Positions 10,201-19,826 of a DNA stretch of 64,000 nt are shown here, in pieces. A program made the translations under genes and the position numbers. How positions within the stretch are numbered: the first letter of the stretch is position 1; each line of letters opens with the position of its first letter. Below the pieces are notes generated by a model, which searched no databases, was not told the origin of the DNA, and saw only the letters and a list, made by a program, of their open reading frames with translations. The DNA comes from Bacteroidales bacterium (GTDB lineage Bacteria; Bacteroidota; Bacteroidia; Bacteroidales; UBA1715): NCBI GenBank assembly GCA_045599365.1, contig JAZRVS010000045.1:37375-101374 (forward strand). Reading direction: 5' to 3'.

Positions 10201-11326
10201 TGATAAAAAGAAAATAGTAGTTGTTGGTACAACATTTCCATATCGTGGAGGGTTAGCTGCGTTTAATGAACGAATGGCATTGCAATTCCAAGCAGAGGGA
10301 GATGATGTTTCAGTAGAAACATTCACATTGCAATATCCAGCATTTTTATTCCCTGGTAAAACGCAGTATTCAAATGGCGAGGCTCCAAATTTGAAAATCA
10401 ATCGTTCCATTAATTCTGTTAATCCATTCAATTGGAAAAAAGTTGGACTACAAATTGCAAAACAAAATCCTGATGTGGTCATTTTTGCGTATTGGATGAC
10501 GTTTATGGCTCCTTGTTATGGTAAAATTGCAAAAACAATAAAAAAGAATTGTAAGGCAAAGTGTATTGCTTTAGTTCACAATATGGTTCCTCACGAACCA
10601 TCAGTTCTTGATATGATGATTCCGTATGCTTTTGTTAATCAAATAGATGCTTTTTTTTCACTTTCGGCATCTGTTGCTCGAGATATTGAGCGTTACGAAA
10701 AGAATCCGAAGCCGAAATCTGTTTCTCCTCATCCAATTTATGACCATTATGGGGAAAAAATATCAAGACATGACGCGCTACAAACATTGAAATTGCCTGA
10801 AGATAAAAAATATATTCTTTTTTTTGGTTTTATTCGCGATTACAAAGGTCTTGATTTGTTGTTAGAAGCAATGGCAGATGAGAGAATCACAACAAGTAAT
10901 ATTCAATTACTTGTTGCTGGTGAGTTTTATAGTAATGAAAAAAAATATAAGGTTTTAACGCAAAAACTTGGTTTACAAAATGTTACTTGGTTTTCTGAAT
11001 ATATTCCAAACGATAAGGTTAATCTATATTTTTGTGCAACAGATGTAATTGTTCAACCATACAAAAGTGGTACGCAATCGGGAGTTACGCAAGTTGGTTA
11101 TCATTTTGAAAAACCTATGATTGTTACTAATGTGGGTGGATTGGCAGAAATAATCCCCAATGGGAAAGTTGGATATGTTGTTGAGCCAAATGCACAGTCA
11201 ATTGCAAATGCAATTGTTCGTTTTTTTGAAAAAAATGATTCCAATTATTTTGAAGAGAATATTCGTGAAGAAAAGAAAAAATATGCTTGGGATATTCTTA
11301 CCCAAAAGATGAGATTGTTATTTTGA
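10181..11326 (+). CDS. glycosyltransferase family 4 (GT-B fold)
   Basis: 381 aa. C-terminal VQPYKSGTQSGVTQVGYHFEKPMIVTNVGGLAEII is an E-x7-E-type region. Overlaps the queH end by 20 nt. Confidence 0.8.
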   Translation: MEIQPNNDKKKIVVVGTTFPYRGGLAAFNERMALQFQAEGDDVSVETFTLQYPAFLFPGKTQYSNGEAPNLKINRSINSVNPFNWKKVGLQIAKQNPDVVIFAYWMTFMAPCYGKIAKTIKKNCKAKCIALVHNMVPHEPSVLDMMIPYAFVNQIDAFFSLSASVARDIERYEKNPKPKSVSPHPIYDHYGEKISRHDALQTLKLPEDKKYILFFGFIRDYKGLDLLLEAMADERITTSNIQLLVAGEFYSNEKKYKVLTQKLGLQNVTWFSEYIPNDKVNLYFCATDVIVQPYKSGTQSGVTQVGYHFEKPMIVTNVGGLAEIIPNGKVGYVVEPNAQSIANAIVRFFEKNDSNYFEENIREEKKKYAWDILTQKMRLLF

Positions 11327-12157
11327 AAGCCTTTCGTCAATAAATGATTGTAGTTCGAAAAACAAATTTTTTGTGTGTTTGAAACTAAAGGTTTTTTCTT
11401 CGTCTTTATTATTATGGATTTTTGTAATCCATTGCAATCCAATAAATTGACCAATTAAAAACATTTCGTCGCAATTAAATAAATTTTGTCGTAGGAAAGA
11501 TTCAGACTCAACGATTTTCCATTTTTTTGACCTCAGATATTCAAAGAAAAAGTCGGTAAATGGTTCGGTGAAATAATTCTTACAAATATGAATTTCGTCG
11601 TCTTTTATATAAGCAAGATTTCCTTGTGATACGCCAACAATTTCTTGATTGTTAGTGAAATAACACATTGCGAAAGCGTTTTCATACGAATGAATTCGCA
11701 ATGAATTCGTCAAAGAATTATTACCTGAATATTGACAAGGATACAATGGCTCGCGAACTTTGATAATTGTATTAAGTCCAATTGTCAAACCTCTCATGTT
11801 GAATTGATATCCAAGTTGATCTAATGGTGTAACAAAAATGACAAATTGCGATGTTTCTGGGTGATTTGTGTCCCAAAAAACCAAAATGCGACAAACACCG
11901 CCTTTATAAACTTTGTTTATGTCAAGTAGTTTTGTTACGTATCGCGAAAGGTGTTCAAAGTCAAATTTTGCGTGTAGTGTTATGTGCAATTGCGATGCAG
12001 TTTCTTCGATTTTGGTTACGTATTGTCGTAAACATAACGCACACGTGTTGTACAAGCGAATGTATTGGCTGATGGTTTCGTTTTCTACAAAGGGAGAAAC
12101 TAATTGAAGTTTTTCAATTTTTTCTAATTCTCCGTTTAATATGCAGAAATTCCTCAT
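11318..12157 (-). CDS. class-IV aminotransferase-fold protein, apparently lacking the catalytic Lys
   Basis: C-terminal half aligns by eye to D-aa aminotransferase/ADC lyase: ...NNQEIVGVSQGNLAYIKDDEIHI...CDEMFLIGQFIGLQWITKI. The position of the PLP-binding Lys (IKSLN in DAAT) reads YSGNN. Confidence 0.45.
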   Translation of the reverse strand: MRNFCILNGELEKIEKLQLVSPFVENETISQYIRLYNTCALCLRQYVTKIEETASQLHITLHAKFDFEHLSRYVTKLLDINKVYKGGVCRILVFWDTNHPETSQFVIFVTPLDQLGYQFNMRGLTIGLNTIIKVREPLYPCQYSGNNSLTNSLRIHSYENAFAMCYFTNNQEIVGVSQGNLAYIKDDEIHICKNYFTEPFTDFFFEYLRSKKWKIVESESFLRQNLFNCDEMFLIGQFIGLQWITKIHNNKDEEKTFSFKHTKNLFFELQSFIDERLSK

Positions 12158-12160
12158 ACA

Positions 12161-12826
12161 CTATTCGTAGATTTTTGTCTCTGTAGGGAATGTGTCGGGA
12201 TATGTGCGATGAGAAATTGTTTTTTTGCTCATATCCGAAATGAGTTTAAATAAGACATCTTTGTCTTTACAGAATAAAGAATGTTTTTCTCCAGCACATA
12301 AAACATTGAAAGAGAAATCTTTATTTACTTGAATCACTGCGTGAGCCGAAATAATGTGTGCAACTGTAACAGTTAAAGTGTAGTTATCTTCCATTTCTAT
12401 ATCGGCAATAGAAATGGTATCGTTTTCGTTAATAACGGGAATGACGCCAAGCGACAACAATTTTTTGAATGTATTTTTTGCATTGAATTGTTGTTTTGAG
12501 TTGTTGAACAAATCTCTTGCAAGTAAAACTTGTGCAGTCATTTGAGTGTATTCATCAAAAATGTTTTGATAACTTTTTATCAATTCAACTTGACCAATTG
12601 CAGCCATAGCTTGCTTGTCGCTCAAATCTTTTGGGTATTTTTTGAGATTCAATTGCCCAACACCAGATGCAATAGCACCTGCAGTAACAAGAATTACATC
12701 GTTTTCGCTATTTCGCACATTAGACAATACCATTGCTATATGATTCAACATATCGTGTTTGATAGAAAATTTGCTATCAAAAAGAGTTTCTTCTTCAACT
12801 TTGAAAACTAATCGTAATTTTGTCAT
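12161..12826 (-). CDS. glutamate-5-kinase-like (amino-acid-kinase N-lobe) protein, degenerate motifs
   Basis: VILVTAGAIASG, KQAMAAIGQVELI, QVLLARDLF and VIPVINENDTISIADIE match ProB. However, K-x-G-S/T-S reads KVEEE, GDND reads EDNY, and no C-lobe GTGGM motif is present. 221 aa. Confidence 0.5.
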   Translation of the reverse strand: MTKLRLVFKVEEETLFDSKFSIKHDMLNHIAMVLSNVRNSENDVILVTAGAIASGVGQLNLKKYPKDLSDKQAMAAIGQVELIKSYQNIFDEYTQMTAQVLLARDLFNNSKQQFNAKNTFKKLLSLGVIPVINENDTISIADIEMEDNYTLTVTVAHIISAHAVIQVNKDFSFNVLCAGEKHSLFCKDKDVLFKLISDMSKKTISHRTYPDTFPTETKIYE

Positions 12827-12893
12827 GCCATTTATGCTTAAAAATTCGTGTAAATATATATTTTTACTTGCGAATTATAAAATCAAAATTTCA

Positions 12894-14993
12894 ATGAAGA
12901 AATTTTTTTCATTTTTTAAGGAAAAACGTGTCGTGATAGTAGCTTTGTTGCTTTTTACTTTTGCCATTGCGTTTATTATGTATCTGATGCCAAGAGAAAA
13001 GAAGTTTCAGTTTGAGTATCAACAAAATAAGGTATGGCTTCACGAGGATTTATTTGCTCCTTTTGCTTTCTCAATTGATAAAACAGAGGAAGAAATTCAA
13101 TCTCAAAAGGATAGTGTGATGATGTCATTTTCACCGTTTTATTCGTATGATACAACGGTTTATACGCGAGTGAAAGATACCATTTATGTACGTTATTTGC
13201 GTTCAATGCATCATTGGATTGATGATTCTGTGAGCGATTTTCATTCTCTTATGATATCTCAAGGCTTGAACGAATTTGAAAAATCATTAAAATCAATATA
13301 TGAATCTGGAATTATCAATGCTCAAAAACCATATAAAACATTGATAATAGAGCAATTGCCACATCGGAAACGTGTGTCAGTAACATCGGTGCATACTATT
13401 CCAGAAGCACATAGTGACCTAATGCAAACAATTCCTCCGTATTTCGATTCTTTGCAGAATTTGAAGTTTAAGGAAATAATTTACACTTCGTTAGTGGCAA
13501 ATACGTTTTATGATGAGGAGGTTTCAACAGAAGAAAAGAATCGTTTGTTGGCTACTGTGTCCGAAAAATATGGTTTTGTAAGCGAAGGAACTCGCATTAT
13601 TAGTAAAGGTTCGGTAGTTACACAAGCAGATAAAAAAGTACTTGATTCACTTAAAAAAGAATATGAATCAGGAAATGTTTCTTTTGAAGGGAAGCTTGCA
13701 ATTATGTGCGGGCAATTCCTCTTGATTTTAATTTCGTTTATTGTCTTGATTTTGCTAATAAATTGTTCGGATACAGAATCTTTACAAAAAATTAAATCGT
13801 TATTGTTTATTATTACGGTTGTAATCCTCTTTATTGGAATGGCATCGCTCACACTTAAATTTAATCATATCAGTATTTATTTGATTCCGTATGTCGCGCT
13901 ACCAATTCTTGTTAAAAACTTTATGAATGAACGTGTCGCGTTGTTTGTGCATGTCGTTACAATGATGATAATTGGTTTTATTGCTCCAAATCCATTCGAT
14001 TTTACATTTTTACAGATTTCTGTTGGAGTTATAGCAATGTTTAGTTTGGGAAATCACTATCAAAGGAGTTTCTTGTTTACAACGGCAATTGTTTCATTTG
14101 TTTCATATACAGCAATTTACGTAGGTCTTTCGCTTACAAAATTTGGTAGTTTTTCGGGTGTACATTGGCATCAATTGGCTTGGTTTTTAGCAAGTTGTGT
14201 GTTGCTTCTTACTACCTATTTGTTGATTTTTGTCTTTGAAAAAATCTTTCGTTTCCCATCTGATATTACGTTATTTGAATTGTCAGACACAAGTCGTGGC
14301 GTGTTACGAGAATTGTCAGATAAGGCACCAGGAACATTCCAACATTCTTTGCAAGTTGCAAATTTTGTTGAAGTTGCGCTTCGTGAAATTGGTGGAAATG
14401 AATTACTTGGAAGAATAGGTGGATTATATCACGATATTGGGAAGTTGAAAAACCCAGCATTCTTTGTTGAAAATCAAACTTTTAAAGAAAATCCACATGA
14501 CAATTTGCCACCAGAACAAAGTGCGAAAATTATCATTGACCACGTGATTTATGGTAAAGAATTGGCTCACAAAAATGGACTACCATATTCGTTGGAACAA
14601 ATTATTCATGGCCATCACGGAAATTCAAAAACCGCATTTTTCCTTGATAAATACAAAAAAATGCACCCAGACGAAGTTGTTGATGAATCAATGTTTCAAT
14701 ATCCAACGACAAAGGTTGTAAAGAAAGAATTGGCTGTTATAATGATTGCTGATGCAGTTGAAGCTGCGTCTCGTTCTGCTCATTTGGAAACACGTGAGCA
14801 AATGGAAGATTTGGTTCAAAAGATTATAGATAATCTTATTCGTAGCAAGCAGTTAGAAAATGCTGATATTACTTTGCGTGAATTAGACAAAGTGAAAGAG
14901 GTTTTTGTAGAAAAGCTTATTAACTTGTACCATGTTCGTGTTCCATATCCAGAGGAACAAAAGATTGAAGAATCTCAAAATGGAACGATATAG
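12894..14993 (+). CDS. 7TM-receptor-type HD/HDIG phosphohydrolase
   Basis: N-terminal TM helix plus an extracytoplasmic domain, then a block of about 7 TM helices, then HD motifs HSLQVANF and GGLYHDIGK. Start set to MKKFFSFFKEK (ATG 12894) because the 12759 extension overlaps the divergent gene. Confidence 0.85.
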   Translation: MKKFFSFFKEKRVVIVALLLFTFAIAFIMYLMPREKKFQFEYQQNKVWLHEDLFAPFAFSIDKTEEEIQSQKDSVMMSFSPFYSYDTTVYTRVKDTIYVRYLRSMHHWIDDSVSDFHSLMISQGLNEFEKSLKSIYESGIINAQKPYKTLIIEQLPHRKRVSVTSVHTIPEAHSDLMQTIPPYFDSLQNLKFKEIIYTSLVANTFYDEEVSTEEKNRLLATVSEKYGFVSEGTRIISKGSVVTQADKKVLDSLKKEYESGNVSFEGKLAIMCGQFLLILISFIVLILLINCSDTESLQKIKSLLFIITVVILFIGMASLTLKFNHISIYLIPYVALPILVKNFMNERVALFVHVVTMMIIGFIAPNPFDFTFLQISVGVIAMFSLGNHYQRSFLFTTAIVSFVSYTAIYVGLSLTKFGSFSGVHWHQLAWFLASCVLLLTTYLLIFVFEKIFRFPSDITLFELSDTSRGVLRELSDKAPGTFQHSLQVANFVEVALREIGGNELLGRIGGLYHDIGKLKNPAFFVENQTFKENPHDNLPPEQSAKIIIDHVIYGKELAHKNGLPYSLEQIIHGHHGNSKTAFFLDKYKKMHPDEVVDESMFQYPTTKVVKKELAVIMIADAVEAASRSAHLETREQMEDLVQKIIDNLIRSKQLENADITLRELDKVKEVFVEKLINLYHVRVPYPEEQKIEESQNGTI

Positions 14994-15759
14994 TATAAAA
15001 GGCATTTTTTTAGGGACGGGAACATCACAGGGAATTCCTGTAATTGGTTGTAAATGCCCTATTTGTAATTCAAGCGACATTCGCGATAGAAGAATGCGTA
15101 CGGCTTTTTTTCTATCGGTAAATGGAGTCCATTTTGTTGTTGATGCTGGTTGTGATTTCAGACAACAAATGCTAAATAACAACATAACCTCACTTGATGC
15201 AATTCTTATCACTCACGAACATAAAGATCATCTCGCAGGACTTGATGATATTCGTCCTTTCAATTTTATGAAGTATGTGCCACTTCCTATTTTTGCTGAA
15301 AAACGTGTTGTTGAGGCAATAAAAAGGGAATTCCATTATGCGTTTGCCGAAAATCCATACCCTGGAGCACCAATGATGAACATTCAAGAAATTACGGAGC
15401 AATCTTTTGAATACAAGGGAATTACAATTCAGCCATTGAGAGTTACTCATTTACAACTTCCTATTTTTGGCTATAGAATTGGACAGGTTGCTTATATTAC
15501 CGATGCATCTGCTATTTCTGAGGAAACGATGAGGTTGTTGAACGGAGTAGAGATATTGGTAATTAATGCATTACGGTTTAAGGAGCATTATTCTCATTTT
15601 AATGTTGCTCAAGCATTAGATATTATACAAAGGATTTCACCTAAAAGAGCATATTTAACACATTGTAGTCACGATATAGGGTTTTATACGGAAACGAGTA
15701 AAATCTTACCTAAAAATGTCTTTTTAGCCTACGATGGTCTTCAAATTCGCACGAAATGA
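14980..15759 (+). CDS. MBL-fold metallo-hydrolase (PhnP-like)
   Basis: ITHEHKDHLAGLDD (HxHxDH) and N-terminal GCKCPIC. Start at ATG 14980, overlapping the upstream gene by 14 nt. Confidence 0.8.
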   Translation: MERYSIKGIFLGTGTSQGIPVIGCKCPICNSSDIRDRRMRTAFFLSVNGVHFVVDAGCDFRQQMLNNNITSLDAILITHEHKDHLAGLDDIRPFNFMKYVPLPIFAEKRVVEAIKREFHYAFAENPYPGAPMMNIQEITEQSFEYKGITIQPLRVTHLQLPIFGYRIGQVAYITDASAISEETMRLLNGVEILVINALRFKEHYSHFNVAQALDIIQRISPKRAYLTHCSHDIGFYTETSKILPKNVFLAYDGLQIRTK

Positions 15760-16256
15760 CAAAAGCTATATTTCTTGATAGAGATGGTGTAATAAATGAT
15801 GGTTCGTTGTATTATACTTATAAGATAGAAGATTTTCATTTTAATGAAGGTATTTTTGACGGATTACGACTTCTTCGTGATGCGGGTTTTATTTTTATTG
15901 TTGTTACCAATCAAGCTGGAATTGCAAAAGGAGAATATACCAAAGAAGATGTTGAAACTCTTCACACCTATATGTGTGAAGAGTTCAAAAAAGAGGGAAT
16001 TACAATAACCGATGTGTTCTATTGTCCGCATTATCCAGAGATTTCTGGTCCTTGTGAATGCCGAAAGCCTAGAACAAAAATGATTGATGATGCCGTAAAA
16101 AAGTACGATATTGATAAATCTCAATCATTCCTTATTGGCGATGGAACTCGTGATATAGAAGCTGCGACAAAAGCGGGAATTGTTGGTATAAAAATCAATA
16201 AAAACGAATCAATTATTCCATATTGTAAAAAAATATTGGAATCGTTGAGTAAGTAA
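15756..16256 (+). CDS. gmhB: D-glycero-D-manno-heptose 1,7-bisphosphate phosphatase (HAD-IIIA)
   Basis: FLDRDGVIN, VVTNQ, Zn-type CPHYPEISGPCECRKP and GDGTRD. ATGA overlap with the upstream gene. Confidence 0.85.
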   Translation: MTKAIFLDRDGVINDGSLYYTYKIEDFHFNEGIFDGLRLLRDAGFIFIVVTNQAGIAKGEYTKEDVETLHTYMCEEFKKEGITITDVFYCPHYPEISGPCECRKPRTKMIDDAVKKYDIDKSQSFLIGDGTRDIEAATKAGIVGIKINKNESIIPYCKKILESLSK

Positions 16257-16316
16257 TAAGATTTGGACACTATATACAACTTGTCGGGTATCGGTAGTAA
16301 TTTTCTGTTTGAAATA

Positions 16317-17774
16317 CTACTTATTTGGTAAATTTTGTAATGCTAAAAGTAATGCTTGCCAAGTTTTTCCAACAGATTCTATTTCAACAATTTCGTTTGG
16401 TGAATGAGGACCTTTTATGGTTGGGCCAAAAGAAACTGCTTCTAAAAGAGGAAAGGTTTTTGCAAAAATTCCGCATTCTAATCCAGCGTGGATGACATCA
16501 ACTTTTGCAGGCTTTTTAAATATTGTTTCACACGCATTTTTTACAATTGATAGTAATTGTGATTCCCAAATAGGCTGCCAACCAGGGTAATCTCCTGTAA
16601 ATTCTGATTGAGCACCATACAATTCAAAGATGCCTTTTATTGCATTTGCCAATTGCATTTTGTTTTCTTGCGAAATGCTTCGAAGTAAACAACCTACAGA
16701 AAGTTTACCATCTTTTGTATTAACAAAAGACAAATTGGTTGAAGTATTGAGCATCTTACAATTGTGATTTTCGTATTTCACAGCACCATTTGGACAATTC
16801 ATAATTGCACGAATAATTCCTGCGGTTTGTTCTTGTGAAATTGCTTGTGTTTCAGTTATTGTTTCTGCAACAATACATGAAAAATTAGGATCAGTTTGTA
16901 AAAATTGCGACTGTTTTTCTTCAACAAATCGTTCAAACATTTTGTGAAAAACATTTGTAAACGAATAATTGAATGCAACTACTGCGGTTGCTTCGCGAGG
17001 AATAGCATTTCGCATATTTCCCCCGTTAAACGAAATTAAACGCAATTCTGTTTTTTCCATTATTGCATATAAGAATTCGCATAACAATTTATTGGCATTT
17101 GCGCGATTGAGAATAATCTCAAATCCAGAATGACCACCAGTTAAACCTGACAACGAGATAGTGTAAACTGTTGAATGCGGATTTATATTGGAATAGTCTA
17201 AGTCAAATGTGAAATTTGCATCAAGACCACCAGCACCACCAATTGTTATTTCATTCTCGGTTTCTGAGTCAAGGTTTATGAGGTATTTTGCTGTTATGTC
17301 GTTTTCTTTCAATGCAAAAGCTCCTGTCATTCCTGTTTCTTCATCAATGGTAAAAATGGCAGAAATAGGTCCATGTTTTATTTCGTTAGAATCAAGAATT
17401 GCAAGAATCATAGATACACCAATGCCGTTGTCCGCACCAAGGGTTGTCCCCTTTGCACGAACAACTGAACCATCAATGTATGCTTGTATGCTGTCTGTTA
17501 AAAAATTGTGATTAACATCGTTTCTTTTTTGAGGAACCATATCAATATGGGCTTGCAACACAACGGGTTCTTTATCTTCAAAACCTAAAGTGGCAACTTT
17601 GTCTATAAAGACGTTACCAACGCTATCTTGGCGTACATTTAATCCTCGTTTTTTGGCAAAATCAACTAAATAACGAGAAATTTTCTCTTCGTGTTTTGAA
17701 GGTCTTGGAATTTGGCAAATTTCATCAAATTTTTGCCATACACAAGTTGGATGTAATGTTGCAATTTCAGACAT
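16317..17774 (-). CDS. pepD: aminoacyl-histidine (Xaa-His) dipeptidase, M20 family
   Basis: 485 aa. QAHIDMV, DNGIGV, TIDEETGMTGA and HAGLECG motifs. Confidence 0.9.
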   Translation of the reverse strand: MSEIATLHPTCVWQKFDEICQIPRPSKHEEKISRYLVDFAKKRGLNVRQDSVGNVFIDKVATLGFEDKEPVVLQAHIDMVPQKRNDVNHNFLTDSIQAYIDGSVVRAKGTTLGADNGIGVSMILAILDSNEIKHGPISAIFTIDEETGMTGAFALKENDITAKYLINLDSETENEITIGGAGGLDANFTFDLDYSNINPHSTVYTISLSGLTGGHSGFEIILNRANANKLLCEFLYAIMEKTELRLISFNGGNMRNAIPREATAVVAFNYSFTNVFHKMFERFVEEKQSQFLQTDPNFSCIVAETITETQAISQEQTAGIIRAIMNCPNGAVKYENHNCKMLNTSTNLSFVNTKDGKLSVGCLLRSISQENKMQLANAIKGIFELYGAQSEFTGDYPGWQPIWESQLLSIVKNACETIFKKPAKVDVIHAGLECGIFAKTFPLLEAVSFGPTIKGPHSPNEIVEIESVGKTWQALLLALQNLPNK

Positions 17775-17776
17775 AA

Positions 17777-18466
17777 TTAGTCAGTTAAAGCAATTTTTAT
17801 AAGTTCTTCTTTGTTTTTAATGTCAATAGTTTTCTTGTCAAGAACAACAACACCTGCTTTTTCTAAATCGCTTAACAAACGAATTGCGCTACCAGTTGAA
17901 ATACCTGCGTAATCAGCCAATTCATTTCTTGAAATTTGAATGTCAATAAAGTCGCTTTGTACTAAATCAGAAATTGCCCAAATAACGCAAGCAATACGTG
18001 CTTTTATTTGTTTTTGACCAAAGTCAGCTATTTGTCGAATATAGCGTTTTATGGTCTTAGAACTAACTTTTAACATTGCTGTTGCAAATTTTGCATTTGA
18101 ATTCAACAATTGCGACATTGCTTTTTTGTCTATAATGGCAACAATAGTGTCGTTCATTGCTTCTGCAGTTGCTGCATATACTTCGTCAAAGATTGTTGCA
18201 GTTCCAATGAAAGAAATTGGACCTTGAATAGAAATGATTGTCGTTTTGTCTTGTCTTTGATTTTCAATCGATAGTTTTGCAAGACCACGCATCAAAATTG
18301 TAACTTCATTGATTGGACGACCTTGTTTGTAAATAGTTTCTCCACGTTTGTAATAGATAAACTTAAGTGATTTCAATAATTCACTTTTTTCTTTTTCCGT
18401 TAGAGTCTTGCTGATTTCAAGAGCCTCTAACTCTTTTTGCATCTCTGCATAAGGAGGGATAATCAT
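17777..18466 (-). CDS. Crp/Fnr family transcriptional regulator
   Basis: cNMP-binding-type beta-barrel followed by the HTH RNELADYAGISTGSAIRLLSDLEKAG. Confidence 0.85.
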   Translation of the reverse strand: MIIPPYAEMQKELEALEISKTLTEKEKSELLKSLKFIYYKRGETIYKQGRPINEVTILMRGLAKLSIENQRQDKTTIISIQGPISFIGTATIFDEVYAATAEAMNDTIVAIIDKKAMSQLLNSNAKFATAMLKVSSKTIKRYIRQIADFGQKQIKARIACVIWAISDLVQSDFIDIQISRNELADYAGISTGSAIRLLSDLEKAGVVVLDKKTIDIKNKEELIKIALTD

Positions 18467-18477
18467 AAGTTATTGTT

Positions 18478-19074
18478 TTATAGGTTAATATTTTGTTTTA
18501 ATTTGTTTGCTATATCGTTTATAGTCATGCCTTTATAAGAAAGAAGAGCTATAAATGTATGTAATAGTTCTGCACTTTTTTCTACGAATTTTTCATCTGT
18601 TCCATTGGTTGCTTGAATGATAGCACTGATAGCGTTTTCTCCAACTTCTTGAGCAAGTTTATTAAATCCGCCTTTGTTGAATAATTTTGTTATCTCAGAG
18701 TTTTCAGGAAGATTTTTTACTTCATAGTCAATAGTTTTTTGTAATTCTGAAAATACACAGCCATTGTTTACTTCTCCCCAACACGTATCTGTCCCAGTGT
18801 GGCACGTTGGTCCAATAGGATGAACTTTAATCAATAGTGTGTCGTTGTCGCAATCAACTTTTGCGTCAACATAATTCAAAAAGTTTCCAGATGTTTCACC
18901 TTTTGTCCATAATGTTTGTCGAGAACGACTATAAAAAGTTACTTTCCCTGTTGTAATTGTTTTGTCAAATGCTTCTTGATTCATAAACCCAAGCATAAGA
19001 ACTACACGAGTGTTAGCATCTTGAACAATAGCAGGAATTAAACCATCGGCATATTTTGAAAAATTCAGCTCCAT
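18478..19074 (-). CDS. hisIE: bifunctional phosphoribosyl-AMP cyclohydrolase / phosphoribosyl-ATP diphosphatase
   Basis: SRSRQTLWTKGETSGNFL, CDNDTLLIKV...GPTCHTG, and a C-terminal PRA-PH helical domain. Confidence 0.9.
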   Translation of the reverse strand: MELNFSKYADGLIPAIVQDANTRVVLMLGFMNQEAFDKTITTGKVTFYSRSRQTLWTKGETSGNFLNYVDAKVDCDNDTLLIKVHPIGPTCHTGTDTCWGEVNNGCVFSELQKTIDYEVKNLPENSEITKLFNKGGFNKLAQEVGENAISAIIQATNGTDEKFVEKSAELLHTFIALLSYKGMTINDIANKLKQNINL

Positions 19075-19826
19075 TATCTAATAGGAATATTTTGTTGTTT
19101 TAGGTATGATTTCAATTCGGGAATTGCAATTTCCTTGAAGTGGAAAATACTTGCAGCTAATGCAGCATCTGCTTTCCCTTCTGTAAATACGTCTTTAAAA
19201 TGCTCCATTGTGCCAGCTCCACCCGATGCAATTACAGGAATGTCAACCATTTCGGAAACTTGACGAGTTATATCGCACGCAAATCCTCCTTTTGTCCCAT
19301 CGTGATTCATGGATGTAAGAAGAATTTCTCCAGCGCCTCTATCATAGACTTCTTGAACCCAATCAAGTGTTTTAATGTCGGTCGCTTGGTGTCCACCATG
19401 AGTATGTACCATCCATGTGTTGTCGTGTAATTTTGTGTCTATGGCAACTACGATACATTGAGAACCAAATTCTTTGGAAAGTTCTGTAATTAATTGTGGA
19501 TTGTAAACTGCGGCAGAATTTATTGAAATTTTGTCGGCCCCAGCAGCGAGTAAAACACCTACATCGTGTACGGATTTTATCCCTCCTCCAACTGTAAAAG
19601 GAATATTTAAATGTAGTGCAATTTTCTTTACTAATTCTGCAAACGTGTCGCGACCTTCAATAGTAGCTGTTATGTCTAAAAAAGTCAGTTCGTCTGCTCC
19701 TTGCTCGGCATACATTGCCCCTAATTCAACAGGATCACCAGCATCTCGTAGTCCAAGGAAGTTGATTCCTTTTACGGTTCGACCATCTTTTATGTCAAGG
19801 CAAGGTATGATTCGTTTAGCCAACAT
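19074..19826 (-). CDS. hisF: imidazole glycerol phosphate synthase cyclase subunit
   Basis: [39 protein letters not shown] and ASGGAG. Confidence 0.95.
   Translation of the reverse strand: MLAKRIIPCLDIKDGRTVKGINFLGLRDAGDPVELGAMYAEQGADELTFLDITATIEGRDTFAELVKKIALHLNIPFTVGGGIKSVHDVGVLLAAGADKISINSAAVYNPQLITELSKEFGSQCIVVAIDTKLHDNTWMVHTHGGHQATDIKTLDWVQEVYDRGAGEILLTSMNHDGTKGGFACDITRQVSEMVDIPVIASGGAGTMEHFKDVFTEGKADAALAASIFHFKEIAIPELKSYLKQQNIPIR

Noticed and set aside
10651-10825. Two T8 homopolymer tracts (10651-10658, 10818-10825) inside the glycosyltransferase gene as possible phase-variation switches.
   Set aside because: Eight-base T runs encoding Phe-Phe are common in a genome this AT-rich and are below the length usually associated with slipped-strand switching. 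There is no supporting evidence such as a frameshifted copy.
12759-12893. Upstream extensions of track ORFs: 12759 for the HD gene, 22503 for GH13, 4245 for kdsA, 14932 for MBL, 56025 for paaK, 50613 for DUF1599, 2641 for gldD and 8071 for the lipoprotein.
   Set aside because: The extensions overlap neighbouring genes, promoter boxes or terminator hairpins. They add non-homologous residues before a canonical N-terminus or signal peptide. The internal ATG gives the expected protein start in each case.
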